NCBI GenBank assembly: GCA_963843705.1 | Contig: CAWJLQ010000008.1 | Location: 612,144 to 676,143, forward strand | Length of the DNA: 64,000 nt | Reading direction: 5' to 3' | From: an uncultured Actinomycetes bacterium | GTDB taxonomy: Bacteria > Actinomycetota > Thermoleophilia > Gaiellales > JAICJC01 | Shown here: piece by piece, positions 41,934 to 50,882 of the stretch | How positions within the stretch are numbered: position 1 is the first letter of the stretch | Layout of the letters: each line of letters opens with the position of its first letter | Notes under the pieces: model-generated | What the model saw: only the letters and a program-made list of their open reading frames with translations | What the model was told of the DNA's origin: nothing | Databases searched by the model: none | Position numbers and translations under genes: made by a program

Positions 41934-43337
41934 ATGAGTGAGACAATGTCTCATCCCGAACGCCTTGGCGCGATCCGCCTGTACGCGGCGATCCTGGCCG
42001 CGATGGCGCTTTGCTCCACCGGTTTCGCCGCCGCCACCGCCGGCGTGGGGCGATGGGACGTGGTGGCCGTGCTCGCCGCCGTCGGGTACGCAGCCGAGTC
42101 GAGGACCATCCGCATCTCCACGCGCGTGGAGCTCTCGGGCTCGCTGATCCCGCTCTCGATGGCGGCCGTGCTGTTCGGCCCGGCCGCCGCGGCGATGGTC
42201 GGCTTCGCGTCGATGCTCTCGGACCGGCGCCGGCCGGCCGAGCGGTTCGTGATCTTCAGCGGTGGGCGCGCGCTCGCGGGCGCATGCGCGGGCGCGGGAG
42301 CGCTGGCGGTGGGGGCGGCGGGACTCGGCCCGGGCCTCGGCCGGCTGGTGGCCGCAAGCGCGGCGGCCGCCGCACTCGCCACCGCCGTCGAGTTCTCGGT
42401 CACGACGCTCACCCTCTGGCTCCGTCACCGCACGCCGCCGCGGGAGCTCTGGGGGCTCGCGCGCATGTACTCGTTCGTGACCGTCGCGCTGTGCGCCCCC
42501 GTGGCCGCCCTGTTCGCCTACGCCTATGGCGGCGCCGGCGTGTGGGTGCTCGCCTTCTTCGGCATCCCGGTCGCCGCAACCCGGTTCGCGTTCGGCATGA
42601 ACGCGCCCAAGGAGCAGCTGATCAAGGCGCTCGAACAGACGAACGCCGACCTCGAGGCCGCCAACAGCCACCTGCGTCGCATCAACATGAGCTTCGCCGA
42701 GGCGCTGGTGAAGGCGATCGACGGCCGCGACGCCTACACGGCCGGCCACTCGAAGGCGGTCGCGGAGTACTCCCGCGACGTCGCCGCGGAGCTCGGGCTC
42801 ACCCGTGAGGAGGTGCAGCGCATCCACCTCTGCGGGCTCGTGCACGACATCGGCAAGATCGGCGTGCGCGCCGAGGTGCTCGAGAAGCAGGCGGCCCTCG
42901 ACGACGGCGAGTGGGACGAGATGCGCCGCCACTCGGCGATCGGCGAGGCCATCCTGCTCGAGGTGCCCGGCTACGCCGACATGGCCGAGGTGGTGCGCAG
43001 CCACCACGAGCGCTGGGACGGGGGCGGCTACCCGGACAACCTCGTCGGCGAGCAGATCCCGCCCCTCGCGCGCATCATCGCGGTCGCCGACTCGTACAAC
43101 GCGATGACGTCCGACCGGCCCTACCGGCTGGCGATGAGCCCGGAGCGGGCGATCGAGCAGCTCGTGCTGGGTAAGGGCAGCCAGTACGAGGCCGCGCCGG
43201 TCGACGCGTTCCTGCGCGTGCTCGGACGCGCGCCGGAGTGGTACCGCAAGGGCTGTTTCCCGATGGACGACGCGGAGCCCGCCCGATCCGACCCGGCGCC
43301 GTTCCCGACCGTCCTCGCCCCGCGCGCGGCCGCGTGA
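41934..43337 (+). CDS. Membrane-anchored HD-GYP domain protein (putative c-di-GMP phosphodiesterase)
   Basis: The N-terminal half has multiple TM segments. The C-terminal half has HSKAV, LVHDIGKIGV and HHERWDGGGYP. Confidence 0.85.
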   Translation: MSETMSHPERLGAIRLYAAILAAMALCSTGFAAATAGVGRWDVVAVLAAVGYAAESRTIRISTRVELSGSLIPLSMAAVLFGPAAAAMVGFASMLSDRRRPAERFVIFSGGRALAGACAGAGALAVGAAGLGPGLGRLVAASAAAAALATAVEFSVTTLTLWLRHRTPPRELWGLARMYSFVTVALCAPVAALFAYAYGGAGVWVLAFFGIPVAATRFAFGMNAPKEQLIKALEQTNADLEAANSHLRRINMSFAEALVKAIDGRDAYTAGHSKAVAEYSRDVAAELGLTREEVQRIHLCGLVHDIGKIGVRAEVLEKQAALDDGEWDEMRRHSAIGEAILLEVPGYADMAEVVRSHHERWDGGGYPDNLVGEQIPPLARIIAVADSYNAMTSDRPYRLAMSPERAIEQLVLGKGSQYEAAPVDAFLRVLGRAPEWYRKGCFPMDDAEPARSDPAPFPTVLAPRAAA

Positions 43338-43381
43338 GCATCGGTTCTCAAGCCTCCGCGCCGCCCGCCGATAGTTGAGTG

Positions 43382-44107
43382 ATGCGCGAGGTCCGCCTGA
43401 TCGAGATCCTGGCCGACGCGGCCGCCGCTCTGGCGGCGCCGCAGGCCGACCCCGGCGGCGTCGAGTGCGTCCTCGCGGATGCCCTCGAGCGCGCGGCCGT
43501 GTCCGCGACGCTGCATCCGACCTCCGCGGGCATCGAGGTGCAGTACGAGAGCAGTCCCGGACGCCTCGAGGCGGCCTTCCTGACCGTGCTGTCCGAGTCG
43601 GCCCGGCTGGCACTCGCCGCCGGCGGCGCCTGCGCCGGGCGCACGCTGGACGCGCACGGGTTCGCGCTCGAGCTCGAGCGCGCGGCGGCGATCGCGCGCT
43701 GGCGCGGTCAGCCGCTTGCCGTGGCGGTGTTCGAGATCCTCGGGCTCGAGATGGGCCCTGGCATGGTCGACCAGGCCGACGTCGTCGACGAGGTGGGGGA
43801 GCTGGCGCTCTCGGCGGTGCGTCAGGACGATCGCGTGGGCCACGTCGGCGCAGCCCAGTTCGCGATGCTCTTCCCGCGCGCAGGCACCTTCGAGGCCCGG
43901 TCGGCGTTCAAGCGCGTCCGCGCAGCGCTGGCCGCCAACGACCGCGTCTCACGTGACGTCGCGATCGGCGCGGTGGGATTCGCCGAGCTCGGCGAGCACC
44001 GGACCGGCGCCGACCTGCTCGCGATCGCCCGCGACCGCCAATCCAAGACGCGCATGCGCCGCGTCTATCTCGCGCCGGTCGACCCGACGCACCCGCTGGC
44101 CGGCTAG
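43382..44107 (+). CDS. Degenerate GGDEF-like domain protein
   Basis: PLAVAVFEILGLEM...VVDEVGELALSAVRQDDRVGHVGAAQFAMLFP aligns by eye with the GGDEF core (vaRlGGDEFavll), with GAAQF in place of GGDEF. Start is ATG 43382 or GTG 43379. Confidence 0.55.
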   Translation: MREVRLIEILADAAAALAAPQADPGGVECVLADALERAAVSATLHPTSAGIEVQYESSPGRLEAAFLTVLSESARLALAAGGACAGRTLDAHGFALELERAAAIARWRGQPLAVAVFEILGLEMGPGMVDQADVVDEVGELALSAVRQDDRVGHVGAAQFAMLFPRAGTFEARSAFKRVRAALAANDRVSRDVAIGAVGFAELGEHRTGADLLAIARDRQSKTRMRRVYLAPVDPTHPLAG

Positions 44108-44265
44108 GACGCGTCCAGCGCCCTTCCGTCGATACCCGCGAGCGGGCGAGCGCCGCATCCGTCGCGCCGGCCGCCCCGCGACCGGAGGGACGACGAAGAC
44201 CACGGTCAAGCCCGCTCAGCTTCAACTTGACATAACCGGCATTATCGTGCGTCGGCGAAGAGGGC

Positions 44266-45216
44266 TTATCCGGGCTGGACGCTGTCGTCGGTGCGCGGCG
44301 CCCGCGCCCGCCAGGGCAGCCGCCGCAGCGTGAGCCAGATCGCGATGCCGCCCGCCACGGCATTCGACAGCGTGATCGCGACCTGCATGCCGATGCTGAA
44401 CGCGAGCACGCGGCTCGTCGCGGCCGCGTTCCGGAACATGTAGCCCAGCAGGGCCTGCTGCGGCCCGACGCCGCCCGGCGTGAACGGCAGCAGCGTCGAG
44501 GCGCTCTGGGCGGAGAGCGCGAGCGCGGCGTCGACGACGCCGGCCGGGACGCGGAACGCGGAGAGGAACCAGTACATCGCGGCGATGCGGCAGCCCCAGC
44601 CGGCCACCTGCAGCGGCACCACGGTGCGGAAGTACCGCCGCGGCGTGAGCAGGATGGCGAGGCCGAGCCGCACGCGCGACCAGAAGCGCGCCACGTGCCG
44701 CTCGACGTAGGTGAAGAAGACGCCCAGGAGGATCAGGGCGACGGCCAGGCCGAGCATGAACCAGCGCGCGTGCGATGCGAAGAAGCTGTACTCGAAGGCC
44801 GCCAGGTGGCCGAGCGCGGGCAGGCGCGGGATGCGGCCGGTGAGGTACGCGGCGATCAGGAACACCGGCCCGATGACGACGTCGACCAGCGTCTCCGCCA
44901 GCAGGCTCGACGTGATCGTCGTGTAGGCGGCCTGCGGCATCGCCCGGTGCGCCAGGTACACCTTCATGACGTCCCCGCCGCGCGCCGGGACGATGCTGTT
45001 CACGCCCACGCCGGCGAGATATGCGGCGACGATGCTGCGCCAGCGAACGCGTCCCTCCGGGTAACCCGCCTGGAGGATGATCCGCCACGCGCTCGCCCGC
45101 AGGATCAGGTTCGCGAGCGTGAACCCGACGGCGATCAGGAGCGCCTCGACCCGGACGTCGGCCAGGTGCGACCAGAACGCCGTGGTCGCGTGCCAGAAGG
45201 ACTGCAGCGACTTCAC
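44266..45216 (-). CDS. Flippase-like / LPG-synthase-TM (UPF0104) family membrane protein
   Basis: About 8 TM segments are visible. RASAWRIIL...AAYLAGVGVNSIVPARGGDVMKVYL is typical of the family. Confidence 0.75.
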   Translation of the reverse strand: MKSLQSFWHATTAFWSHLADVRVEALLIAVGFTLANLILRASAWRIILQAGYPEGRVRWRSIVAAYLAGVGVNSIVPARGGDVMKVYLAHRAMPQAAYTTITSSLLAETLVDVVIGPVFLIAAYLTGRIPRLPALGHLAAFEYSFFASHARWFMLGLAVALILLGVFFTYVERHVARFWSRVRLGLAILLTPRRYFRTVVPLQVAGWGCRIAAMYWFLSAFRVPAGVVDAALALSAQSASTLLPFTPGGVGPQQALLGYMFRNAAATSRVLAFSIGMQVAITLSNAVAGGIAIWLTLRRLPWRARAPRTDDSVQPG

Positions 45217-45273
45217 GTCATGAAGTCTGCCAGCCGGTGGCGCCGGCGCCGGCAGCGGCCGCCGGGCGGGCGG

Positions 45274-46287
45274 CTAGTCCTGGCCGCGGAGGAAGTCGCG
45301 CAGGCCCGGGTTCTTCGACTCCAGCTCGCGCAGCGCACGCGTCTCGATCTGGCGCACGCGCTCACGGGTCACGCCGATCTCGGCCCCGACCTGCTCGAGG
45401 GTTGCGGGCTCGCGGTCGTTCAGGCCGAAGCGGGCCTCGAGGACGTGGCGGGTGCGCTCGTTGAGCTCCTCGAGCGCGGCGCGCAGCTCCTGCTCGCGCT
45501 GGCTGCGCACGAGCAGCGTGTCCGGCTGGCGGACGTTCATGTCCTCGACCATCTCCGAGAAGCTCGACTCGCCGTCGCCGACCGGCCCCTCCAGCGAGAC
45601 CGGGTCCTCGACGATCCGCTGCAGCTCGATCACGCGCTCGACGGGCAGCTTCAGCTCGGCGGCGAGCTCGGAGGTGAGCGGATCGCGTCCCAGCTTCTGG
45701 GTCAGCGTGCGGTTGGCCCGGTGCAGCTTCTTGATCACGTCCAGCACGTGCAGCGGCAGGCGGATGGTGCGCGCCTGGTCGGCGATCGCGCGCGACATCG
45801 ACTGGCGGATCCACCAGGTGGCGTACGTCGAGAGCTTGTAGCCGCGGCTCGGGTCGAACTTCTCGACCGCGCGCATGAGCCCCATGTTGCCCTCCTGGAT
45901 CAGGTCGAGCAGCGGCACCCCCGAGGACGAGTACGCACGCGCCATCGAGATCACCAGGCGCAGGTTCGCCTCGACCAGGCGGCGCTTCGCCTCCATGTCG
46001 CCGCGATCCTTGCGGCGCGCCAGCTCGAGCTCTTCGGCCCGGGTCAGGAGCGCGCCGTCGCCGATCTGGCGCACGTACGTGTGGAGGAGGTCGACGGCGG
46101 GGGCCGGCGCATCGGTCAGATCGAGCTCGTCGACGGCGTCCGCCGCGTCGAAACCGGGCTCGGCCGGGGTTGCGGGCGCATTCGCGTTGTCGTCGGGCGT
46201 TGCGGGGGTCACGGGGAAGCTTTCGGTCGCGGGCCGTCGTCGGGTGGGTTCACCCTCTGCCACTGTCAATCGGCGCTGGGACCGCAT
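45274..46287 (-). CDS. Sigma-70 family RNA polymerase sigma factor, group 1/2 (RpoD/SigA-like)
   Basis: Region 1.2 ([11 protein letters not shown]), region 2 ([27 protein letters not shown]), region 3 and region 4 ([19 protein letters not shown]) are all present. Start is ATG 46287 inside tracked ORF 45274..46455. Confidence 0.9.
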   Translation of the reverse strand: MRSQRRLTVAEGEPTRRRPATESFPVTPATPDDNANAPATPAEPGFDAADAVDELDLTDAPAPAVDLLHTYVRQIGDGALLTRAEELELARRKDRGDMEAKRRLVEANLRLVISMARAYSSSGVPLLDLIQEGNMGLMRAVEKFDPSRGYKLSTYATWWIRQSMSRAIADQARTIRLPLHVLDVIKKLHRANRTLTQKLGRDPLTSELAAELKLPVERVIELQRIVEDPVSLEGPVGDGESSFSEMVEDMNVRQPDTLLVRSQREQELRAALEELNERTRHVLEARFGLNDREPATLEQVGAEIGVTRERVRQIETRALRELESKNPGLRDFLRGQD

Positions 46288-46402
46288 GTCTTGAGCGCCG
46301 ATGCGCCGGTTCGGGGACGATTGCGCGGGTTTGCATCCGACCCGGTGTGCGTTAGCACGGTCGGGGGATGGCGGGCGATCGGGGCCCGCCGAATACCAGC
46401 CC

Positions 46403-46831
46403 ATGCACACTCCCGCCCACGCACACCGAGTCCGGGGGATCAGCCCCGGCGACACCCGGCGGATCTCCGCCGGCTGCTCGCACGCGCTGGTCCCGGCACA
46501 TCCGGCCGCCCGCGGGTACCGCTACGTCGACCTGGGGGGCGCGGAGCCGCCGTTCTACCTCCTGCGGATCGGCTCGGGCGACGCCTGCGCCTCGGTGTCG
46601 CTGTGTGCGCCGATCGAGCTGTCCTCGGCGGGTGAGGCCGAGCCCGGCGCCGCGGCCGTCGCCCAGATCAAGGTGACCGTCGGCCTGAACACCATCCGCT
46701 GGGACCGGCTGCTCGATGTCGAGGTGCGCTCCGGCGTCTGGGGCGACCTGCTCGCGCAGGCGCTCGCCGAGGTCGCCGCGCTCGACCTTTTCGAGCGCGG
46801 GTCGTGCCCGATCTGCTCGCCGGTTGGCTAG
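46403..46831 (+). CDS. Hypothetical protein
   Basis: ATG 46403 lies inside tracked ORF 46301..46831. No recognisable domain. Its stop overlaps the convergent gene's stop at a CTAG. Confidence 0.4.
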   Translation: MHTPAHAHRVRGISPGDTRRISAGCSHALVPAHPAARGYRYVDLGGAEPPFYLLRIGSGDACASVSLCAPIELSSAGEAEPGAAAVAQIKVTVGLNTIRWDRLLDVEVRSGVWGDLLAQALAEVAALDLFERGSCPICSPVG

Positions 46832-47511
46832 CTGACGCGGCCTTCCGGGCTGATCGATACCCCGCGCTGCTCGAGCCGCTTGCGGATCAGGTACTGGAAC
46901 GTCGACCACGCGCCCCGGCGGGCGTCGAACATGCGGTAGACCTGCCACTCCGTCAGCATCGACGGGTCGCTCCGGCGCGCCTGCGCCCAGTCGGCGAACT
47001 TCGGCAGCCGGCCGCTGCGCAGCGAGAGCGCCGCGCCCTGCTCGACGGCGCGCTCGAGCCGCTCCTCGCCGACCGGGACGTCGAAGCCGGCCTGCTTGAG
47101 CGCGTTGTTCAGCGAGCCGAAGGTGTGCCAGTAGAGCGACTTCGACGGCATCGCGCCCTTGCGGGCCTCGATGTCTTTCGCGGTCGGCACGCGGCCGAGC
47201 TCGTCGCCCAGGTCGCGCAGCAGCCGCAGCAGCTCGTCCTGGGTCGCGAACCGGCGCGGGACGAGCCCCGCCAGCCGCTTGGCCCGGTTCCACGACTTGA
47301 AGTGCTCGATGACCGTCTGCGGGTGCACGGTCGTGCCCGAATCGGCCTCGAACTCGCGCATCGTCGGCGAGCGCCCGAGCCGCTGCGCGCACGCGCGCAG
47401 CTCCTCGAGGATGTGCTCGTCGGAGTAGCGCTTGCGCATTCCGGCCTGGAACTGCTCCAGCTGGCCGCGGTCGATGCCCTCGATCGCGCTGTACACCGTC
47501 TTGCGTCTCAT
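46828..47511 (-). CDS. Protein made of three homing-endonuclease-associated-type repeats, with no nuclease domain
   Basis: Three roughly 55-aa repeats follow the pattern (S/T)xxELLxxLRxLxxxLGRxPTxxEF...F(G/K)SWNxAxxxAG(L/F). They are YSDEHILEELRACAQRLGRSPTMREF, TQDELLRLLRDLGDELGRVPTAKDI and a third, degenerate copy. Start is ATG 47511. Confidence 0.6.
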   Translation of the reverse strand: MRRKTVYSAIEGIDRGQLEQFQAGMRKRYSDEHILEELRACAQRLGRSPTMREFEADSGTTVHPQTVIEHFKSWNRAKRLAGLVPRRFATQDELLRLLRDLGDELGRVPTAKDIEARKGAMPSKSLYWHTFGSLNNALKQAGFDVPVGEERLERAVEQGAALSLRSGRLPKFADWAQARRSDPSMLTEWQVYRMFDARRGAWSTFQYLIRKRLEQRGVSISPEGRVS

Positions 47512-47550
47512 CGTGGCACTCCCCCAGGCTCGGATTCGCCTTTGGCGGAG

Positions 47551-47578
47551 GTTATAGCAAAAGCTCGAAACCGTGCAA
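47551..47578 (-). promoter_or_regulatory. Candidate sigma-70 promoter for the 46828-47511 gene
   Basis: The minus strand reads TTGCAC, a 16-nt spacer, then TATAAC. A GGGGGAG Shine-Dalgarno follows before the ATG. Confidence 0.45.
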
Positions 47579-47634
47579 GTGAAACAGACGTGCCTTGAGA
47601 GGGCGTCAACGGCCACCTGGGTAGAGTTCCGGCA

Positions 47635-48996
47635 GTGACCGGGTTCTCGGCAAAGGTGGCGGCCGCCCGCGCGGCGGCCGGACTCTCGCGGCGCACGCAC
47701 GCCGGCGGCGGGACGACGCTGCCCGGCAAACTGCTCCTGCGGATGGCCCCCGACGCGATCGAGCGGATGACGCCGCGCCTGCGCGATGGATCGGTGGTGA
47801 TCTCGGCGACGAACGGCAAGACGACGACCGCGAAGATGCTGGCGGCGCTGCTCGAGCCCGAGCGCAGCCTGTGCCGTAACACCGCCGGGGCCAATCTCGA
47901 CTCCGGCGTCGCATCGGCGCTCCTGCACACCCGCGCCGCCGACCTCGGCGTGTTCGAGGTCGACGAGGCCGCTCTCCCCGGCGTCGCCCGCAGCCTGCGC
48001 CCGCGCGTGACCGTCCTCGGCAACCTGTTCCGCGACCAGCTCGACCGCTACGGCGAGCTCGAGGCGATCGCCGCTCTGTGGGAGGAGACGACCGCCCGCC
48101 TCCCGGACGGTGCCCAGCTCGTCCGCAACGGCGACGACCCGCTGCTCGCCTCGCTCGATCACGCCGGGCCCGGGCTCGTCTTCGGCATCGACGATGCCCG
48201 CTCGGCGCTGCCCGAGCTGCCGCATGCGAGCGACTCCAAGTGGTGTCCGGCGTGCGGCACGCGGCTGCGGTACGAGCACGTGTATCTGGGCCACATGGGC
48301 GAGTGGAGCTGTCCCGGGTGCGGCCGCCGGCGTCCGCCGCTCGAGGTGTGGGCCGACACCGTCGAGCCGCACGGCCTCGACGGCACCCGGTTCGTCCTGC
48401 GCACCCCGATCGGGGACGCCGCCGTCGAGCTGCCGATGCCGGGTCTCTACAACGTCTACAACGCACTCGCCGCGGCTGCCGCGGCGTGCGCCGTCGGCGG
48501 CGTGGACATCGGCCGCATCGCGTCGGGCCTCGAGCGGTTCGACGCCGCCTTCGGGCGGTTCGAGCGCCTGCGCGTGGGCGAGCGCGACGCCGTGCTGCTC
48601 CTGGCCAAGAACCCCGCGGGCGCCAACGAGCTGATCCGCACCCTGGCGGCCGACGACCGGCCCAAGCAGCTGCTCCTGGCGCTGAACGACCGCATCGCCG
48701 ACGGCCGCGACGTCTCCTGGATCTGGGACGTCGACTTCGAGCTCCTGGCCGGCGGCGTCCAGGAGGTCGTGACGACGGGCACCCGGGCGGCCGAGATGGC
48801 GATGCGGCTGAAGTACGGCGGCGTCGATCCGTCCCGGTTGGTCGTCGTCGCCGGCGGCCCCGGCGCCGCGATCGACCGCGTCCTCGCCGGTGGCGTCGGG
48901 CCCGCCTACCTGCTCGGCACCTACACGGCGATGCTCGAGCTGCGGGCCGAGCTCCAGCGCCGCGGCGTCGTGCGGCCGTACTGGGAGGCGGCGTGA
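47635..48996 (+). CDS. murT: Lipid II isoglutaminyl synthase subunit MurT (Mur ligase family)
   Basis: Has a Mur ligase P-loop (SATNGKTTT), the MurT-specific Cys4 ribbon (CPACG...CPGCG) and a DUF1727-like C-terminus. It is followed by gatD with a GTGA overlap. Confidence 0.88.
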   Translation: MTGFSAKVAAARAAAGLSRRTHAGGGTTLPGKLLLRMAPDAIERMTPRLRDGSVVISATNGKTTTAKMLAALLEPERSLCRNTAGANLDSGVASALLHTRAADLGVFEVDEAALPGVARSLRPRVTVLGNLFRDQLDRYGELEAIAALWEETTARLPDGAQLVRNGDDPLLASLDHAGPGLVFGIDDARSALPELPHASDSKWCPACGTRLRYEHVYLGHMGEWSCPGCGRRRPPLEVWADTVEPHGLDGTRFVLRTPIGDAAVELPMPGLYNVYNALAAAAAACAVGGVDIGRIASGLERFDAAFGRFERLRVGERDAVLLLAKNPAGANELIRTLAADDRPKQLLLALNDRIADGRDVSWIWDVDFELLAGGVQEVVTTGTRAAEMAMRLKYGGVDPSRLVVVAGGPGAAIDRVLAGGVGPAYLLGTYTAMLELRAELQRRGVVRPYWEAA

Positions 48997-49721
48997 CCGA
49001 TCTGCGCGTCTGCCACCTCTACCCCGAGCATCTGAACATCTACGCCGACCGCGGTAACATCGCCGTCCTGCGGGCGCGCTGCCGGTGGCGCGGGATCGGG
49101 TTCCGGGTGGACGCGTGCGGGCCCGGCGACGCGCTGCCCGACGCTGACCTCTACTACGTCGGCGGCGGCCAGGACCGCGACCAGCTGCTCATCGCCGACG
49201 ATCTGGTCGGGCGGGCCGACGGCCTGCGCGCCGCCGTCGACGCCGGGTCGTGGCTGCTGGCCGTCTGCGGTGGCTACCAGATGCTCGGCCACTACTACCG
49301 CGGCCACCTCGGCGACGAGATGCGTGGCACGGGGCTCGTCGACCTCGTCACCGAGGCAGGGCGGACGCGGATGATCGGCAACATCGCCATCGACTGCGAG
49401 CTTCGCCCCGGGGAGCCGATGGCGGTGGTCGGGTTCGAGAATCACGCCGGCCGCACGCAGCTCGGCGACGGCGTGCGGCCGCTGGGCCGCGTGCTCCACG
49501 GACACGGCAACAACGGCCGCGACGGGGGCGAGGGCGTCCACCACGGCCGGATCGTGGGCACCTACGTCCACGGCCCGCTCCTGCCCAAGAACCCGGCCCT
49601 CGCCGACCTGCTCATCGCCCAGGCGCTCGAGCGCCGTCACGGGACGGTGGTGCTCGAGCCGCTCGAGGACGGGCTGGAGCATACGGCCCACGATGTGGCC
49701 ATGGCGATCGCCGCACGCTAG
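48993..49721 (+). CDS. gatD: Glutamine amidotransferase GatD (CobB/CobQ-like), partner of MurT
   Basis: MTDLRVCHLYPEHLNIYADRGN, the nucleophile motif LAVCGGYQMLG and YVHGPLLPKNP are present. Confidence 0.88.
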   Translation: MTDLRVCHLYPEHLNIYADRGNIAVLRARCRWRGIGFRVDACGPGDALPDADLYYVGGGQDRDQLLIADDLVGRADGLRAAVDAGSWLLAVCGGYQMLGHYYRGHLGDEMRGTGLVDLVTEAGRTRMIGNIAIDCELRPGEPMAVVGFENHAGRTQLGDGVRPLGRVLHGHGNNGRDGGEGVHHGRIVGTYVHGPLLPKNPALADLLIAQALERRHGTVVLEPLEDGLEHTAHDVAMAIAAR

Positions 49722-49986
49722 TCCGGCCGCCGTCGTCGCACCTCGCCGCGGCCGTGGTCGCTCGGCCGGCGGGTGCCGTCGAGCGAGAAGCCGGCCCGCT
49801 CGTAGAACGCCGCGGCCGCATCGTTGCCGGCGAAGTGCCAGAGGACGATTGGGCCGTGGCGGGACGCGAGGTCGGCGACGGCGTGCGCGAAGAGGGCGCG
49901 GCCGAGGCGGGTGCCGATGCGGGCGGGTTCGACGTAGGGGCCGTGTACCTCCCCTGTCCCGGCGGGGACGGCCGCCCTGACCGGGT
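49718..49986 (-). pseudogene. C-terminal remnant of a GNAT acetyltransferase
   Basis: ...EVHGPYVEPARIGTRLGRALFAHAVADLASRHGPIVLWHFAGNDAAAAFYERAGF is the acetyl-CoA-binding half of a GNAT. There is no ATG/GTG/TTG before it, and the upstream part of the tracked ORF overlaps the Nudix gene out of frame with nonsense-like sequence. Confidence 0.45.
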
Positions 49987-50439
49987 TCAGCGGCCCCAGA
50001 GCTCGCCGAGGTGGACGAACGGGTCGCCGGGGCGCCAGCGCTCGAGGAAGCGGTGGATCGGCGGGCGCAGGTCGATCGTGCCGAGCTCGCCCGCGTGCAT
50101 CAGCCGGTGCCCGTGGATCGCGCCGTCGACCGACGTGACGCCCGCCAGATCGCGGCCGGAGAGGTCGGCGTGGAAGAGGACGTGGACGACGTGCTTTCGC
50201 GGCCGCATCCCCGACGGCGAGATCGACTCCACGATCGCGATCGGCCCCTCCAGGGCGAGGCCCTCGAGCCCGCACTCCTCGGCCAGCTCCCGCGCCAGGG
50301 CGACATGCAGCGACTCCCCCTCCTCCACCCCGCCCCCGGGCAGCAGCCAGTAGGAGCGCCCGCCCTTCTCCTGCTGCAGCAGCAGCACCGCGTCGCCGTG
50401 TCGCAGGAGCGCTGCGACGCGGATGCGCGGCCCGCTCAT
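49987..50439 (-). CDS. Nudix hydrolase
   Basis: Has a complete Nudix box GGGVEEGESLHVALARELAEECGL. ATG 50439 overlaps the dut stop (ATGA). Confidence 0.85.
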   Translation of the reverse strand: MSGPRIRVAALLRHGDAVLLLQQEKGGRSYWLLPGGGVEEGESLHVALARELAEECGLEGLALEGPIAIVESISPSGMRPRKHVVHVLFHADLSGRDLAGVTSVDGAIHGHRLMHAGELGTIDLRPPIHRFLERWRPGDPFVHLGELWGR

Positions 50440-50882
50440 CGGGGGCGGCCCACCGCCGAGGAGCCGAAGCCGCGTTCGGCCCGATCCGATCGAGGCAGCT
50501 CCGAGACCTCGACGACCGCCACCGCGGGCAGCTCGATCACGACCAGCTGCGCGATGCGGTCGCCCGGCTTGACGTGGAAGGGCTCGTCGCGGTCGGTGTT
50601 CAGCAGCACCACCTTCAGCTCCCCCCGGTACCCCGAGTCGATCAGCCCGGGCGCGTTCACCACCGTGATCCCGTGCCGCGCCGCCAGGCCCGAGCGCGGC
50701 TGGACGAACCCTGCGTGCCCGTGCGGGATCGCCACGGCGAGGCCCGTCGCCACCGTCGCCCGCTCGCCCGGCCGCAGCACGACGTCCTCGACGCTTGCCA
50801 GGTCGAGCCCGGCGTCGCCCGGGTAGGCGCCGGTGGGCAGGTGGGCGTCGGGATGGAGGCGGCGGACGAGGAGGTCGCTCAT
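50436..50882 (-). CDS. dut: dUTP diphosphatase
   Basis: The conserved dUTPase motifs AGLDL, PRSG, GLIDSGYRGEL and RGFGSS are present. Confidence 0.95.
   Translation of the reverse strand: MSDLLVRRLHPDAHLPTGAYPGDAGLDLASVEDVVLRPGERATVATGLAVAIPHGHAGFVQPRSGLAARHGITVVNAPGLIDSGYRGELKVVLLNTDRDEPFHVKPGDRIAQLVVIELPAVAVVEVSELPRSDRAERGFGSSAVGRPR

Noticed and set aside
44222-44245. TTGACA hexamer on the plus strand just outside the 3' end of the minus-strand membrane protein gene (possible antisense promoter)
   Set aside because: There is no acceptable -10 element at 16-18 nt spacing and no downstream plus-strand feature.
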